From the IMG/VR virus record IMGVR_UViG_3300035182_001152: a stretch of DNA of 64,000 nucleotides. One strand, written 5' to 3'. This DNA is from a virus. Taxonomy: Duplodnaviria > Caudoviricetes. Both the position numbers and the translations under genes were made by a program. Numbering within the stretch: the stretch's first letter is position 1; each line of letters begins with the position of its first letter. Below the pieces are notes generated by a model. It saw only the letters and a list, made by a program, of their open reading frames with translations, ran no database searches and was not told where the DNA came from. Shown here piece by piece: positions 9,763 to 20,121 of this stretch.

Positions 9763-11310
9763 TTATCTGCGCCAGTACATGCCGCGATCGATGTTGCGGC
9801 CGCGTTCAACCTTACCAACGGAAGGGTCGTCATATCCAAATTCAGGTGTGTGGCTGCTATCGTCCGCTGTCATCGTGCGAGCCCACGGCTCATGATCCGG
9901 TACGCGGTTGGTCCACAGTGCGGCTTGCTCTGCAGCATCGTCTGCAGAACCTGCGCTATCAGCTGGCGATGCTGAGGGACCGTTCAGGTCAATTGAACCA
10001 CCGCTAAGCACCACAGCGCTACCGGATACATTTGTGGAGCCACCACCAGAAATCAACATGTCGGCACCAGATTTCAGGTTCATAGCAGCGCCAGACTCAA
10101 CATTGACGGCGGCGCCCGCCTTAGCGTTTGTTGCGGCACCTGACTCTAGGTTGAGAACGGACCCAGCCTTGACGTTAACGTTCGTATCGCCCTGTAAGAA
10201 CATCGATTGTGCCGCATGCTGGCGAATATTTTGAGCCGATTTCAAGCTCATATCTTTGGCAGCGTCTAGCCGAATCTCATCATCTGAATGCATGTGAATG
10301 CCTTCTTTGGCATACATTCGGATCGATTTATCGGATGTCATGTTGATTTCTGACGACGATCGAATGTTGACTTTATTCGCTGAGAAGATATCGATGTTGC
10401 CATCCATATCCAGTTCGATCCAATTATTGCCCTTCGCAGTAGCAATGTAGATTCGCTCATTCGTGTCATCAAGAATGATCTGATGGCCAGATGTTGTGCG
10501 GAACCGCAGCCGACAGTTTTCCTGGCGATCATCCATCGAGAAGGCATGGAATCCTGGCGTGCTGAACGAGTACACCATAGAGTCGTAGTTACGATCAGTG
10601 TACGATGACGGAGCGTGTGGATCTGTCCGACTGACTTGATATCCTTGGGTGCTTGTCCAATCGCCGTGCTTGACATCTTTGTCATCCTGAACGCGTGAGT
10701 AAGTTTGGTTTAACTGTGATACGTCGATTCGCGATACGCTGTAATCAGCGGCGCGTGAACGGAACTCGTAATTTGCCTCACTTTTGTGTCCGAATGCTTG
10801 CTTCAGGTTATCTGCCAAAGGCTGGATAAACTTTTCTGAAGATGAATACGGACCGTACGGAGCGGGATCGTCACCGGCTTTCTCAAGCTCAGGGTGATCA
10901 TCATACATGAACCGGCCGTGCGGCATCGTATGTGGTGTGAATTGATCATAGATGCAACCAAAGTACATCCGCGTCATCGGATTACCGTCGATACACAGCA
11001 CAGCAACCTGTGATCCAACTTTTGGAATTGCCCACATTCCGTATGCAACGCCACCTTCAGTTTCCTGTATTCCAGGACCGCGAGATCCTACTTGCACCTG
11101 ACCACCAAAAGGCGACATGTAAATTGCCCACGGCAGGTCCTCAACGTTTGAACCCCACGGATCACCCCACTGTGAGCAGACGACACGGATCCGACCCATT
11201 TGTTGGGGGTCGTTCGTATCAACAACAGTACCGATTGTTACGAACGGTACTGTGCTCGGCGTTTGTGCAGCGTTCTGAAAAACTTCGTACTGCCGGGTGT
11301 ACATTGGCAT
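9763..11310 (-). CDS. gp5: Baseplate central spike, gp5/VgrG-like (OB fold plus beta-helix, no lysozyme domain seen)
   Basis: GTVVDTNDPQQMGRIRV..LPWA..PKVGSQVAV OB fold; RTTSGHQIILDDTNERIYI; beta-helix repeats; IDLNG..RVPDHEPW end. Confidence 0.88.
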   Translation of the reverse strand: MPMYTRQYEVFQNAAQTPSTVPFVTIGTVVDTNDPQQMGRIRVVCSQWGDPWGSNVEDLPWAIYMSPFGGQVQVGSRGPGIQETEGGVAYGMWAIPKVGSQVAVLCIDGNPMTRMYFGCIYDQFTPHTMPHGRFMYDDHPELEKAGDDPAPYGPYSSSEKFIQPLADNLKQAFGHKSEANYEFRSRAADYSVSRIDVSQLNQTYSRVQDDKDVKHGDWTSTQGYQVSRTDPHAPSSYTDRNYDSMVYSFSTPGFHAFSMDDRQENCRLRFRTTSGHQIILDDTNERIYIATAKGNNWIELDMDGNIDIFSANKVNIRSSSEINMTSDKSIRMYAKEGIHMHSDDEIRLDAAKDMSLKSAQNIRQHAAQSMFLQGDTNVNVKAGSVLNLESGAATNAKAGAAVNVESGAAMNLKSGADMLISGGGSTNVSGSAVVLSGGSIDLNGPSASPADSAGSADDAAEQAALWTNRVPDHEPWARTMTADDSSHTPEFGYDDPSVGKVERGRNIDRGMYWRR

Positions 11311-11369
11311 AGTATTACCTTAGATTATGTTTGTGGGGCCACTCACCATGTACGGTGATGTTGTATCTG

Positions 11370-14237
11370 TTATTGGTCGTGTTGTGTTGTGGCAGGTGCA
11401 GTGTCCTGGGGTTTGACAGGACCTGCTGTGCACGGTGAGCCTGTTCCTGTCTGTGTAGCAGCGTTTTGTTGCGCGGCGACAGCTGTGCTGGCTGTTCGAG
11501 GAGCGTCTTGAGGATCAGTTGAAGCGTACGACGCACCTGGAGCCCCTGCCGCTCCAGCTGGAGGTATTGGTGTTTTCTGACGAGCAACTGCAATGCCACC
11601 CTTCAACTGAGCTGCCATTGTCTTGGCTGCCCAGCTCCGTAGATAACCAACTGTTGTGTTTGGTTTAATAATTGTTGGATTTGCCGGCGCAATCTTGGAG
11701 AATATTTTCTCTCCAAGAGTCGTCAACACTAGCTCATTGCCGCCCGTCGCATCGTCAGCGTGGATGACTAGCAACGCAGTTCCTAGGCCTAAGAAGTGAG
11801 CTAGGTACAGATCACCCGGATCTGTGGATCCAATTTGCAATCCGTTATCACGAAGTAATGCAGCACCACCATTGGCGTTATCGCGCGGGTTTGTCCGGGT
11901 ATCGGGAGTGATTGAATTGACGCCAAACACCTTGCCTTGCTTGACCAAATGCTGCCACGTTGACGTAACGAATTGGTACAATCCAGTTGCATTAGATGTT
12001 GGGGCTTTTGCTGTTGGTTTGAACGACGATTCCTGTGCAGCAAACTGAGCCATTGTTACAATGTTGACGCCGTAGCGATTCGATGCGTCAGTGATTGCTG
12101 CCTTCACTTCAGGGGATGCCTCATCCCAACCCTTAACAACGGACGGATCATTACCGGTTGGTGATGTATTGACTGTCTTTGCGTCATCACGGTTTGTTGG
12201 TGTTGTATCGCCTGAGGGTGGAACAACGGGAACGACCGGTCCTGCTGGTTGCGAGGGGGCTGTATCACCAATCGCGTTGTCAAAGCACGTGCCGACACCA
12301 TCATTCAAGTTGACTTCATCTTGGTTCTGATCCTTGGTTGCTTGGAATGAACTTGCCTTTGGTAGACTGATCATCTGCAGGGTCTGAGTGAATTCACCAT
12401 CATCAAATGAGTGATCAATACCAACAACATAGTAGTAGCCATCATACCAGAATGGGCGGGCATAGTCTTGTGATTCGTCCGTTCCATTGATGGAACGGCC
12501 CGTGAACAACGAAAAATCATCGTTGTTTCGTGGCATCATAATGTTAACCTTGACATATGCAGGGGAGTGTGTCCAATCTGCGAACCCCGACTGATTGTCT
12601 GCTGGAGTTGGCTCCGTAGAACGTGTAGCTGACTGCACGACATACTCTGGAGACGACGTTTTGTTTGTCGATCCCAACAACTCCGCGTTACCCGTGATCC
12701 GCATCGACGCATCCGTCACTTCGAATGATGAGTGTTTCGTTAGAGTGTACGCACTCTGAATAGCGTGGCTACCATTCTGTGTGTTGATCAGGTTTGATGC
12801 CTTGATTTGTGAGCCAAAGAAGACAGGGGTCTTAACAACCTCGCCGAACCGAGCCAGATAACTGTTTACGTCAGCCGACGACGGCTGCATCATCCGATTC
12901 GCACCGCGTTCTAATTGGCTCTTAAATGTATTTGCGATTGTTGCCGTTTGCAAATACGCCAGCCCCATGTTGACCTTCATATCGAGCTCAAGAATATCGA
13001 TATTCTTGCCGGTGTAAATGTAGTCAAACTCAATAATGTTCCGCTTCAACTTCAGATATTCTGGATCATTCTCAAGCTGTGCCTTTGACTTATCACCTTG
13101 AAGTACCTGGAACGCAGGATTGTACACAATTGACTTTGGCGTTTTGAACCGCTCTACGCGGTAGTACACCGTGTAGTCTATCCCAGTTTCTGTTGGCACA
13201 GATACTAGTGCACTGTGAATCTTGTGCTCATACTTTATGCCTGTTGACGTATCACCCACAGCCATATCTGCCTGCACCTGCGGAGACATCAGCATGATCG
13301 TGCTGATTGCAGTTTCAATGCTAGTGGGAGGCGGAAACGTCAGTTGTGCAGCATCAGCACAACCTGCAGAGCTCTTGTATTGTTGTGGTTGGTTTGTGAC
13401 TGTGTACTTGATACCGTCCGTGTCTTGGTAATCCTCACCAACTTCAATCACATACTTGACCCTACACAAGGAATTCAACAACGTTTGTGTATCACCTTGC
13501 AGACTCTTGATCTGTTTGTACACACATTGGAAGTACTTTTCGTAGTTGCTATTGATGTTGTCTTGCAGCCTGCCTAGGGTGATAGCCAAGCTGTCCCCTG
13601 CTGATATACTCATTGCGTTACCAATCATGCTATACTGCGGCAGACGGGTTGCACCGTGCCCACCAGTAACGAACTGCATTTCGTAGTTACCGCCAGCTTC
13701 CGTAAACGACCCTGTGATTTCACACATAATGAGCGTCAGAGGAGAAATATCTGTGATTGAGTCTGCGTAGTCGTCGCGGTCACCAGTTTGAAACTGGTTT
13801 TCACCAACGAACACTGTTTTCAGAACGTATACAACATGCGCACTGTCAACACCAAGGGAGACACAACACTGCACTAGTTGGTCAAGGAATGCAACACCCT
13901 TAGGCTCCGAAATTCTAATGGAACCTTCCGTCGCAATCGAAGTTGAACGGTCACCGGGCACTGCTTGAGCGCCCGTTGCGGATGTCCAGTGAGCAGATTC
14001 GATTGTATACGCTGCATCTGTAGAGCCATTGATCAGGATAATGTACTTACCACCCGTTTCAGTGGTCTTAATGCCGTACTGACCCTGCGGCGATGAGTTG
14101 GCGTCGGGGTGGCTCCACACGTTCAAATCCGTGCTCGTGGCGAGTGTGTCGGCGGTTTGACTGGAATCACACATCGCCAGCACATGGTAGTAACTGTACG
14201 ACCGAAACGATGAAAGTCGGCTTGATGGGTTAGACAT
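11370..14237 (-). CDS. Baseplate hub protein with a C-terminal lytic transglycosylase (SLT) domain
   Basis: YYVVGIDHSFDDGEFTQTL hub-like end of the N-terminal part; AAQESSFKPTAKAPTSNATGLYQFV..TW..YLAHFLG lysozyme-like catalytic motif. Confidence 0.75.
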   Translation of the reverse strand: MSNPSSRLSSFRSYSYYHVLAMCDSSQTADTLATSTDLNVWSHPDANSSPQGQYGIKTTETGGKYIILINGSTDAAYTIESAHWTSATGAQAVPGDRSTSIATEGSIRISEPKGVAFLDQLVQCCVSLGVDSAHVVYVLKTVFVGENQFQTGDRDDYADSITDISPLTLIMCEITGSFTEAGGNYEMQFVTGGHGATRLPQYSMIGNAMSISAGDSLAITLGRLQDNINSNYEKYFQCVYKQIKSLQGDTQTLLNSLCRVKYVIEVGEDYQDTDGIKYTVTNQPQQYKSSAGCADAAQLTFPPPTSIETAISTIMLMSPQVQADMAVGDTSTGIKYEHKIHSALVSVPTETGIDYTVYYRVERFKTPKSIVYNPAFQVLQGDKSKAQLENDPEYLKLKRNIIEFDYIYTGKNIDILELDMKVNMGLAYLQTATIANTFKSQLERGANRMMQPSSADVNSYLARFGEVVKTPVFFGSQIKASNLINTQNGSHAIQSAYTLTKHSSFEVTDASMRITGNAELLGSTNKTSSPEYVVQSATRSTEPTPADNQSGFADWTHSPAYVKVNIMMPRNNDDFSLFTGRSINGTDESQDYARPFWYDGYYYVVGIDHSFDDGEFTQTLQMISLPKASSFQATKDQNQDEVNLNDGVGTCFDNAIGDTAPSQPAGPVVPVVPPSGDTTPTNRDDAKTVNTSPTGNDPSVVKGWDEASPEVKAAITDASNRYGVNIVTMAQFAAQESSFKPTAKAPTSNATGLYQFVTSTWQHLVKQGKVFGVNSITPDTRTNPRDNANGGAALLRDNGLQIGSTDPGDLYLAHFLGLGTALLVIHADDATGGNELVLTTLGEKIFSKIAPANPTIIKPNTTVGYLRSWAAKTMAAQLKGGIAVARQKTPIPPAGAAGAPGASYASTDPQDAPRTASTAVAAQQNAATQTGTGSPCTAGPVKPQDTAPATTQHDQ

Positions 14238-14282
14238 TGGAGATCATATTCCTTATGGTATGTCGGTATTTACACCTGAACA

Positions 14283-14603
14283 TTACGAGCCTGCAAGCAG
14301 TTCGCTAAACAAACGTCCACGATCAGGAAGCAGGATCACAGTTCCCTCGTTGAAGTCTTCATACACGTCAGAGATTGCATTATACTGCATGATAAACCAC
14401 TGAAGCGTGGACTTACCATACATATCGTACGCTAGTAGGTCTGGACGATTGGCATACTTTGCACTAATGGTGTACACAATGTCGGTTGGTGACTTCGCAA
14501 ACACTTTGCGTTCCCACCAAGCAATGCGATTACCCTTGACGGTCGTTGTGCCACCTTGAACGTAACGTCCGCCGCGTTGTTGGTCTGATCGTTGAAAGGC
14601 CAT
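14283..14603 (-). CDS. Baseplate wedge gp53/LysM-like protein
   Basis: YANRPDLLAYDMYGKSTLQWFIMQYN motif; baseplate context. Confidence 0.75.
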   Translation of the reverse strand: MAFQRSDQQRGGRYVQGGTTTVKGNRIAWWERKVFAKSPTDIVYTISAKYANRPDLLAYDMYGKSTLQWFIMQYNAISDVYEDFNEGTVILLPDRGRLFSELLAGS

Positions 14604-14611
14604 GTTATTCC

Positions 14612-15364
14612 TTAGAAGTTGACCAAATTACCGGTCTTGTATTTCATCAGGTCAAACTGCTCGTACTCACTAGGGGAGTGTGTCTCAATCAATGAGATCG
14701 TGATGTCCATTTTACGGGGGAATGGTTCCGAGCTTGCTGTTGGACTGCCGGTTGTGTCGTATACAGGAATGTAATCAACATCCTCTGGATATGTAATCCC
14801 AAGATTGGTCATTACTACGGGCACACGATTGATGTTCACTCGAGGGCCAGTCCCACGCAAATCATTCGAAGAAGATGAGTACGCATATAAGTACAGTACA
14901 TCTGGTGGTGCACCCCGAAGTTGGACGCCTTGCTCAACGATTCGCTTTTTGGCTGCTGCATCACGGTTATCATGCGATTGCGGTGCGGTATCGTTGATCG
15001 TTGGATTAGAGCGGTTCGCCTGATTCGTTGCTGTTAAAGTGTTCGTACTTCCAAAGTAAGGGAGTAGCCAACTGCGCAACTTTTGAAGGTTCGTCATGTT
15101 CCGCACAGCGTCAGCGACATTACGAGAGATCAAATGCGCCGTGATTTCAAACGAACGCGAGTTTGTGTGCTTGTATACCTGAATCGCGCCCGGAAGGTGA
15201 ACTGGGGTGATTGCGGAGTATTCAGCTGATCGTGTTTCTGAGAATGATGGCGTCACATCGAATGCCACCTGCGCTTCCCGAATAGACGATGGATCACCAC
15301 CGTACGTCAGGCTTGCAATCGGCACCAGACGTACTTTGTAGTTGTTCTCTTTGATATCGGACAT
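14612..15364 (-). CDS. Tail tube initiator / baseplate-tube protein (gp48/gp54-like)
   Basis: AFDVTPSFSETRSAEY..GAPPDVLYLYAY..INRVPVVMTNLGITYPEDVDY..KMDITISLIE; baseplate context. Confidence 0.6.
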   Translation of the reverse strand: MSDIKENNYKVRLVPIASLTYGGDPSSIREAQVAFDVTPSFSETRSAEYSAITPVHLPGAIQVYKHTNSRSFEITAHLISRNVADAVRNMTNLQKLRSWLLPYFGSTNTLTATNQANRSNPTINDTAPQSHDNRDAAAKKRIVEQGVQLRGAPPDVLYLYAYSSSSNDLRGTGPRVNINRVPVVMTNLGITYPEDVDYIPVYDTTGSPTASSEPFPRKMDITISLIETHSPSEYEQFDLMKYKTGNLVNF

Positions 15365-15391
15365 TCGGGTTACTCCAAGGCTCAGACTTCG

Positions 15392-15398
15392 TATTTAT
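15392..15398 (-). promoter_or_regulatory. Late promoter (ATAAATA) for the leftward baseplate operon
   Basis: Intergenic, upstream of 15364. Confidence 0.7.
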
Positions 15399-15403
15399 TG
15401 GCG

Positions 15404-15431
15404 TTGACCTTTGGAAAAATTCGGCTATACT
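15404..15431 (+). promoter_or_regulatory. Sigma70-type promoter TTGACC-N16-TATACT
   Basis: Directly upstream of the gp55 ATG at 15462. Confidence 0.65.
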
Positions 15432-15461
15432 AACCTAAACCTCACGAAGAAGGTACCCTCT

Positions 15462-16058
15462 ATGGCAACAAAAGCACTCCCTACAGCAACGTCACGCAAT
15501 TCCATCACCCAAGCAGGTAAGACGATTTACCTGACAAACAAAGAGTTACTGTCCGCAGTCAAGGACTCAAAAACAAAGGGCCGAATGTCGGACGTGCTGG
15601 CAAAGATGCTGCAACTGTTGTGTTCCCGCTACGCTAAAAAAGGCAACTTCATCAACTATTCATACAATGAAGACATGCAAGCGTACGCCATGATGATGCT
15701 TGTGCGCACATGGAACAGCTTTGACCCCGAGAAGAGCAACAACCCGTTTGCGTTCTTCACGCAGTGCGTCAAAAACTCATTCATCCAGTACCTAAACCAA
15801 GAGCAACGTCAGCGTGACGTGCGTGACCTCCTACTGATTGATCAGGGTCTTAACCCTTCATACGGATACGAAGGGAACGGTCGTCAGGGTATCGAAGATG
15901 AGCAAGACTTTGACTCAATGCGTTCTGTTGTTGAACTCCAGACGCGTGAGCGTTACGTGGATGCCCCGATTGAGCGCGATTCAAAGGGTGCAGAAATCGT
16001 GCCGGTTGAGGTTCCAGTTGGAGATGATGAAACTGTTGATGCCTTAGTGATGTACTAA
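15462..16058 (+). CDS. gp55: Late-transcription sigma factor, T4 gp55-like
   Basis: IYLTNKELL, YAKKGNFINYSYNEDM and FDPEKSNNPFAFFTQ motifs; T4 gp55-gp47-gp46 synteny. Start placed at the ATG after AAGGT. Confidence 0.9.
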   Translation: MATKALPTATSRNSITQAGKTIYLTNKELLSAVKDSKTKGRMSDVLAKMLQLLCSRYAKKGNFINYSYNEDMQAYAMMMLVRTWNSFDPEKSNNPFAFFTQCVKNSFIQYLNQEQRQRDVRDLLLIDQGLNPSYGYEGNGRQGIEDEQDFDSMRSVVELQTRERYVDAPIERDSKGAEIVPVEVPVGDDETVDALVMY

Positions 16059-16235
16059 GAGAATGAGAACAATAACACGCTCAAACAAATTAGTAATCAA
16101 AGATGGGGTGGCGTGAAGCAAGCTGTTCTCGATACAATGGTCCACAGTGGCCATATCGAACATAAGGATGCAAAGCCTGTTCGAACCATGGACTCTCTTG
16201 AATACATCCTATATGTATTTACAAGAACGGAAGTT

Positions 16236-17297
16236 ATGAAATACAAAAAAACAGCATCGTTTACAGACATCCACTGGGGTGCGAAGACTAATAGTGAACT
16301 TCACAACCAGGATTGCGAACGATTTATAGATTGGTTCTGCGAGCAAGTGCGTAGTGACCCTGAAATTGATCACATTATTTTCATGGGTGATTGGTACGAA
16401 AACCGGTCAGCTCTGAACATTTCAACCTTAACATATTCACACCGGGGAGCATCTAAGTTAAGTGCTCTAGGGTTACCCGTGTTTTTTATCATTGGTAACC
16501 ATGATCTGTATCACCGTCACACACGAGAAATTTATTCACCAATTACATTCAAGCACCTACCTAACTTTGTCATTGTTGACAATCCTGTGGTAGTTCCGGA
16601 GATTGGAACTGGTGCTCTGCTCTCACCGTATCTGTTTCCAGAAGAATATGAAGGGTTAGATCAGCATTTGAAACTGAGTACATGGTGGGGACACTTTGAA
16701 TTCAAAGGATTCGTGATCACAGGCTATAACGTGGTTATGCCTACGGGGCCAGATCCTGTTAAATATGCAGGTCCAGACCATATTTTCTCAGGTCATTTTC
16801 ATCAACGGCAAACGCAAGGAAATATCACCTATATTGGCAACGCCTTCCCGTCGAATTTTGGCGATGCCAATGACTTTGTTCGTGGCATGGCAATCTATGA
16901 TCATGCAAAGAAGAAGCTGTCATTCAAAGATTGGGCTGATTGCCCCAAGTACGTGCGTGTCAAGCTAACGAAGATGCTCGACGAGGACTACGTTCTCCCT
17001 GCAAATGCGCGCGTCAAATGCGTCCTCGATGCCGATTTGACGTTTGAGCAGAGTACTGCCATCCGTGAAGAATACACGGAGAAATTTACTCTCCGTGAGT
17101 TTGCCCTAGAAGAAACCAACGAATTGGATGATGTGCTCAGTAACACCGAATCATCAGCTACGGATGACGTTGGGGAAATGGCTGAAATCAGTGATGTTAA
17201 CACTGTCAATCAGCTGGTGATTCAAATGCTTGCAGATATCAAGAGCGACAAGATTGATTCTGCCGTTCTTGTTGAACAGTACAAAAGACTCGTATGA
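16236..17297 (+). CDS. gp47: Recombination nuclease, gp47/Mre11/SbcD-like
   Basis: Metallophosphoesterase motifs TDIHWG, GDWYE, GNHD, GHFE, SGHFH. Confidence 0.93.
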   Translation: MKYKKTASFTDIHWGAKTNSELHNQDCERFIDWFCEQVRSDPEIDHIIFMGDWYENRSALNISTLTYSHRGASKLSALGLPVFFIIGNHDLYHRHTREIYSPITFKHLPNFVIVDNPVVVPEIGTGALLSPYLFPEEYEGLDQHLKLSTWWGHFEFKGFVITGYNVVMPTGPDPVKYAGPDHIFSGHFHQRQTQGNITYIGNAFPSNFGDANDFVRGMAIYDHAKKKLSFKDWADCPKYVRVKLTKMLDEDYVLPANARVKCVLDADLTFEQSTAIREEYTEKFTLREFALEETNELDDVLSNTESSATDDVGEMAEISDVNTVNQLVIQMLADIKSDKIDSAVLVEQYKRLV

Positions 17298-19063
17298 TTC
17301 GTTTCAAGACATTAACACTCCGCAATTTCCTGTCGTATGGTAACAACGTGACTACGTTCAATCTAGAACGGCCGGGCACCACGCTTATCATTGGACAGGA
17401 TCTCGATACAATGACTGAAGATACCGTCAGTTCCAATGGTGTCGGCAAGACAACATTTCTCCAAGGGTTGGTGTATGCGCTGTTCCAGCGGATCATTGGT
17501 GAGGACTTCACACAAGACAGTCTGATCAACAACATCAACAAGAAGGAAATGGAAGTCACTCTCGAGTTCTACGCTGAGAATGGCAACCTGTACCGAATCG
17601 TCCGCCACCGTAAGATGAGGTCAGGCCCTGAAGGCAATGCAGTCTACCTTTTTGAAAATGGCAAGGACATCTCCGTTGACGTGGGCGGCACGAACAAGAA
17701 AATTGTTGAAGTCCTCGGCATGCCGTACGAGCTATTCGTGCGAATCATCGTGTTCTCCGCCTCCAACGAATCGTTCCTCAAGCTCCCGGTTACCAGCACG
17801 ACTGGCCCGAATCAGAAAACTTTCATTGAGGATTTGTTTGGCCTATCTGTGCTCACTGAGCAAGCTGAAAAGCTGCGTCAGATCATCAAGGATAACAAGG
17901 CTGACATGGATATCAAGCGCGTCAAGATTGAGGCTCACCAAGCTGAACACGCTCGACACCTGGCTCAGATTGAGAAAGCGAAAGAACGGCAGCGACAGTG
18001 GGAAGTTCAACGTGCAAACTCAATTGCGACTCTAGAACGCAAGCAGAAGCTGGTTGAGGGCGTTGACATTGAGCGCGAACGCGTTGCACACCGAAAACTG
18101 AAGCAGGTTGACACGGAAATCCGCGAAATCTCTACGGAAAAGGCTAACGCTGTACGTGAGTGCCGTCAGCATACGCAACAATTGACCAAGATTGACAATG
18201 AAATCGCCTTGTTGGCTGAAAATAAGTGCCCGCACTGTAAGCAGCAGTTCGCCGGCGCGGCTGATGAGATTAAAGTCAAAGAGGCTGAGCTAGTTACCCT
18301 GGATTCCACTATTGAAACTCTGTCGAAAGAGGTTAAAGAGTTGGAAGCAGTGCTTGATGAGCTCGCACGGTTGAAGGAAGCTGTCTCACAGGAGATCACT
18401 GTTGACAACATTGAAGAACTTGCGCGGATTGCAAGTGAGGTGGCGTCATCTCGTGATCAAATTGAAGCTCTGAAGGTTGCGCCGAACCCTCACGATGAAG
18501 CCCTCCAGGAATTGGAGGCTGTTGTGTTAGACGAGGTGAACTTTGATGATCTCAACACGATTCAGCGCGAGATTGATCATCAGAACTTCCTGCTAAAGCT
18601 ACTGACTAAGAGTGACAGCTTCGTGCGCAAGAACCTGCTGAACAAGTACCTACCGTTCCTCAACGGACGTGTTCAGTACTACCTGCAGCTTCTCGGCCTA
18701 CCTCACACAGTTGAGTTCCAAGAGGACCTGACGGCAAAGATTTCACGCAGCGGCGTTGAAACCAAGTTTGGTCTGCTCTCTACTGGTCAGCGTGCCCGCC
18801 TTGACTTCGCATTCTCCGTAGCGTTCAAGGATGTTCGTGAGCGTTTGCATGGCCGTACAAACATCTGCATGTTTGATGAGGTTCTTGACTTCGGTCTTGA
18901 TGCCGTTGGGGTGGTTGCTTGTGCAAAGGTGATTAAGATCCTTGCCCAAACGGAAGGGCTATCAATGTACGTGATCTCACACCGCGCTGAGGTTGAGCGT
19001 GAGTTTGAACGCAAGATGACGATCCAAATGGTCAAGAAATTCTCGTACGTCAAAGAGGACTAA
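17294..19063 (+). CDS. gp46: Recombination ATPase, gp46/Rad50/SbcC-like
   Basis: Walker A NGVGKTT, CPHC hook, LSTGQ signature, Walker B FDEVLD, ISH switch. Confidence 0.95.
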   Translation: MIRFKTLTLRNFLSYGNNVTTFNLERPGTTLIIGQDLDTMTEDTVSSNGVGKTTFLQGLVYALFQRIIGEDFTQDSLINNINKKEMEVTLEFYAENGNLYRIVRHRKMRSGPEGNAVYLFENGKDISVDVGGTNKKIVEVLGMPYELFVRIIVFSASNESFLKLPVTSTTGPNQKTFIEDLFGLSVLTEQAEKLRQIIKDNKADMDIKRVKIEAHQAEHARHLAQIEKAKERQRQWEVQRANSIATLERKQKLVEGVDIERERVAHRKLKQVDTEIREISTEKANAVRECRQHTQQLTKIDNEIALLAENKCPHCKQQFAGAADEIKVKEAELVTLDSTIETLSKEVKELEAVLDELARLKEAVSQEITVDNIEELARIASEVASSRDQIEALKVAPNPHDEALQELEAVVLDEVNFDDLNTIQREIDHQNFLLKLLTKSDSFVRKNLLNKYLPFLNGRVQYYLQLLGLPHTVEFQEDLTAKISRSGVETKFGLLSTGQRARLDFAFSVAFKDVRERLHGRTNICMFDEVLDFGLDAVGVVACAKVIKILAQTEGLSMYVISHRAEVEREFERKMTIQMVKKFSYVKED

Positions 19064-19086
19064 ATACACCCTTTAGGAGACGTATC

Positions 19087-19416
19087 ATGCAGATTCAGTG
19101 GGCAAGCTCGTATGTATACATCGTGGCAAACAAGGGTGAGGAAATCACCGAAGAATGGTGGCGCGACCCTAATATCCAACTGATGACGCGACTGAATGAG
19201 GACACCGGCGCATGTTTTGTTATGCGGCGTCGCCCAGAGCCAGCGTCAGTTCGTGAGTGGGTCAATCCTGCAACATTCGCCACCGAGCTGCGCTATTTGC
19301 ATGGGTGGGATTACACAACGGCATATAAGGGTCACATGACCTATGACATTTTGTACCTGCCCCTGGATGGTCACGTGTATACACCACGTGAGCAGGAAAT
19401 GATGAACAACAAATGA
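19087..19416 (+). CDS. Hypothetical protein, paralogue 1 of a tandem triplet
   Basis: SD GGAG. Shares WWRDP, WVNP and HVYT motifs with the next two ORFs. Confidence 0.8.
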   Translation: MQIQWASSYVYIVANKGEEITEEWWRDPNIQLMTRLNEDTGACFVMRRRPEPASVREWVNPATFATELRYLHGWDYTTAYKGHMTYDILYLPLDGHVYTPREQEMMNNK

Positions 19417-19754
19417 AGATTCAACGCCTAGACAACCAGTTAATGATCACCGCTCATGGTGATAATCGCGGCGACCCCGATTGGTGGAAAGATCCAACAA
19501 TCAGCATCGTTACATATATGGATTTGGATAGCAAATTGTCGTGGATGGCAACTCGTACTACCCCAAATCCTATCGTGAAAAATTGGGTTAATCCAACAAC
19601 GGGCGTTGTTACATTGCGTGCTGTTTGCTCGTGGGATGTGCAGGGATATGATCGTCGCGGTGAATTCTTCGACTACAGTACGTCATTCCCTGTCAACAAA
19701 CACGTATACACTGACAAGGAAGCGGCGATTTTCAATCGTCGGAATACGCCATGA
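19413..19754 (+). CDS. Hypothetical protein, paralogue 2 of the triplet
   Basis: ATGA-coupled to the previous ORF; WWKDP, WVNP, HVYT. Confidence 0.8.
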   Translation: MKIQRLDNQLMITAHGDNRGDPDWWKDPTISIVTYMDLDSKLSWMATRTTPNPIVKNWVNPTTGVVTLRAVCSWDVQGYDRRGEFFDYSTSFPVNKHVYTDKEAAIFNRRNTP

Positions 19755-20080
19755 TTACGTTTGACCGCAAGGGATCACTGCTGTTTGTTCAAAAAGACAG
19801 TAGCCACCCTATTGATGGCGACTGGTTTCGTGATCCACTGATTGATACGATCATTGTGCTGAACCTGGAAACAGGTGCGTTTGATACGTTCGAACGCACG
19901 ACTGATAAGCCATACTTCTCCCCATATACAACGACGACCTACATTCTCGTCCACGAATGGCATTTAACTGTCATCGGTCCTGATGGAATCGCACGCGTCG
20001 CGCGCCTTGAAATTGTCGTTAACAGGCATCAATACACAGAGAAGGAGAAGCAGATTTACCTCCGCCGACATGGTAGCTGA
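19751..20080 (+). CDS. Hypothetical protein, paralogue 3 of the triplet
   Basis: ATGA-coupled; WFRDP, LETG, HQYTEKE. Confidence 0.8.
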   Translation: MITFDRKGSLLFVQKDSSHPIDGDWFRDPLIDTIIVLNLETGAFDTFERTTDKPYFSPYTTTTYILVHEWHLTVIGPDGIARVARLEIVVNRHQYTEKEKQIYLRRHGS

Positions 20081-20121
20081 CGTGTTTAGCACCTTAAATA
20101 GGTGCTTTACAGGAGCTATCC

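Noticed and set aside
16216-16221. Antisense TAAATA pointing into gp55 (possible feedback RNA)
   Set aside because: A 6-mer is expected by chance many times in 64 kb, and there is no other support.
16113-16235. 41-aa N-terminal extension of gp47 (similar extensions on gp55, gp32 and gp4 in the track)
   Set aside because: Downstream ATGs have better ribosome-binding sites and match the family starts; the extensions overlap promoters.
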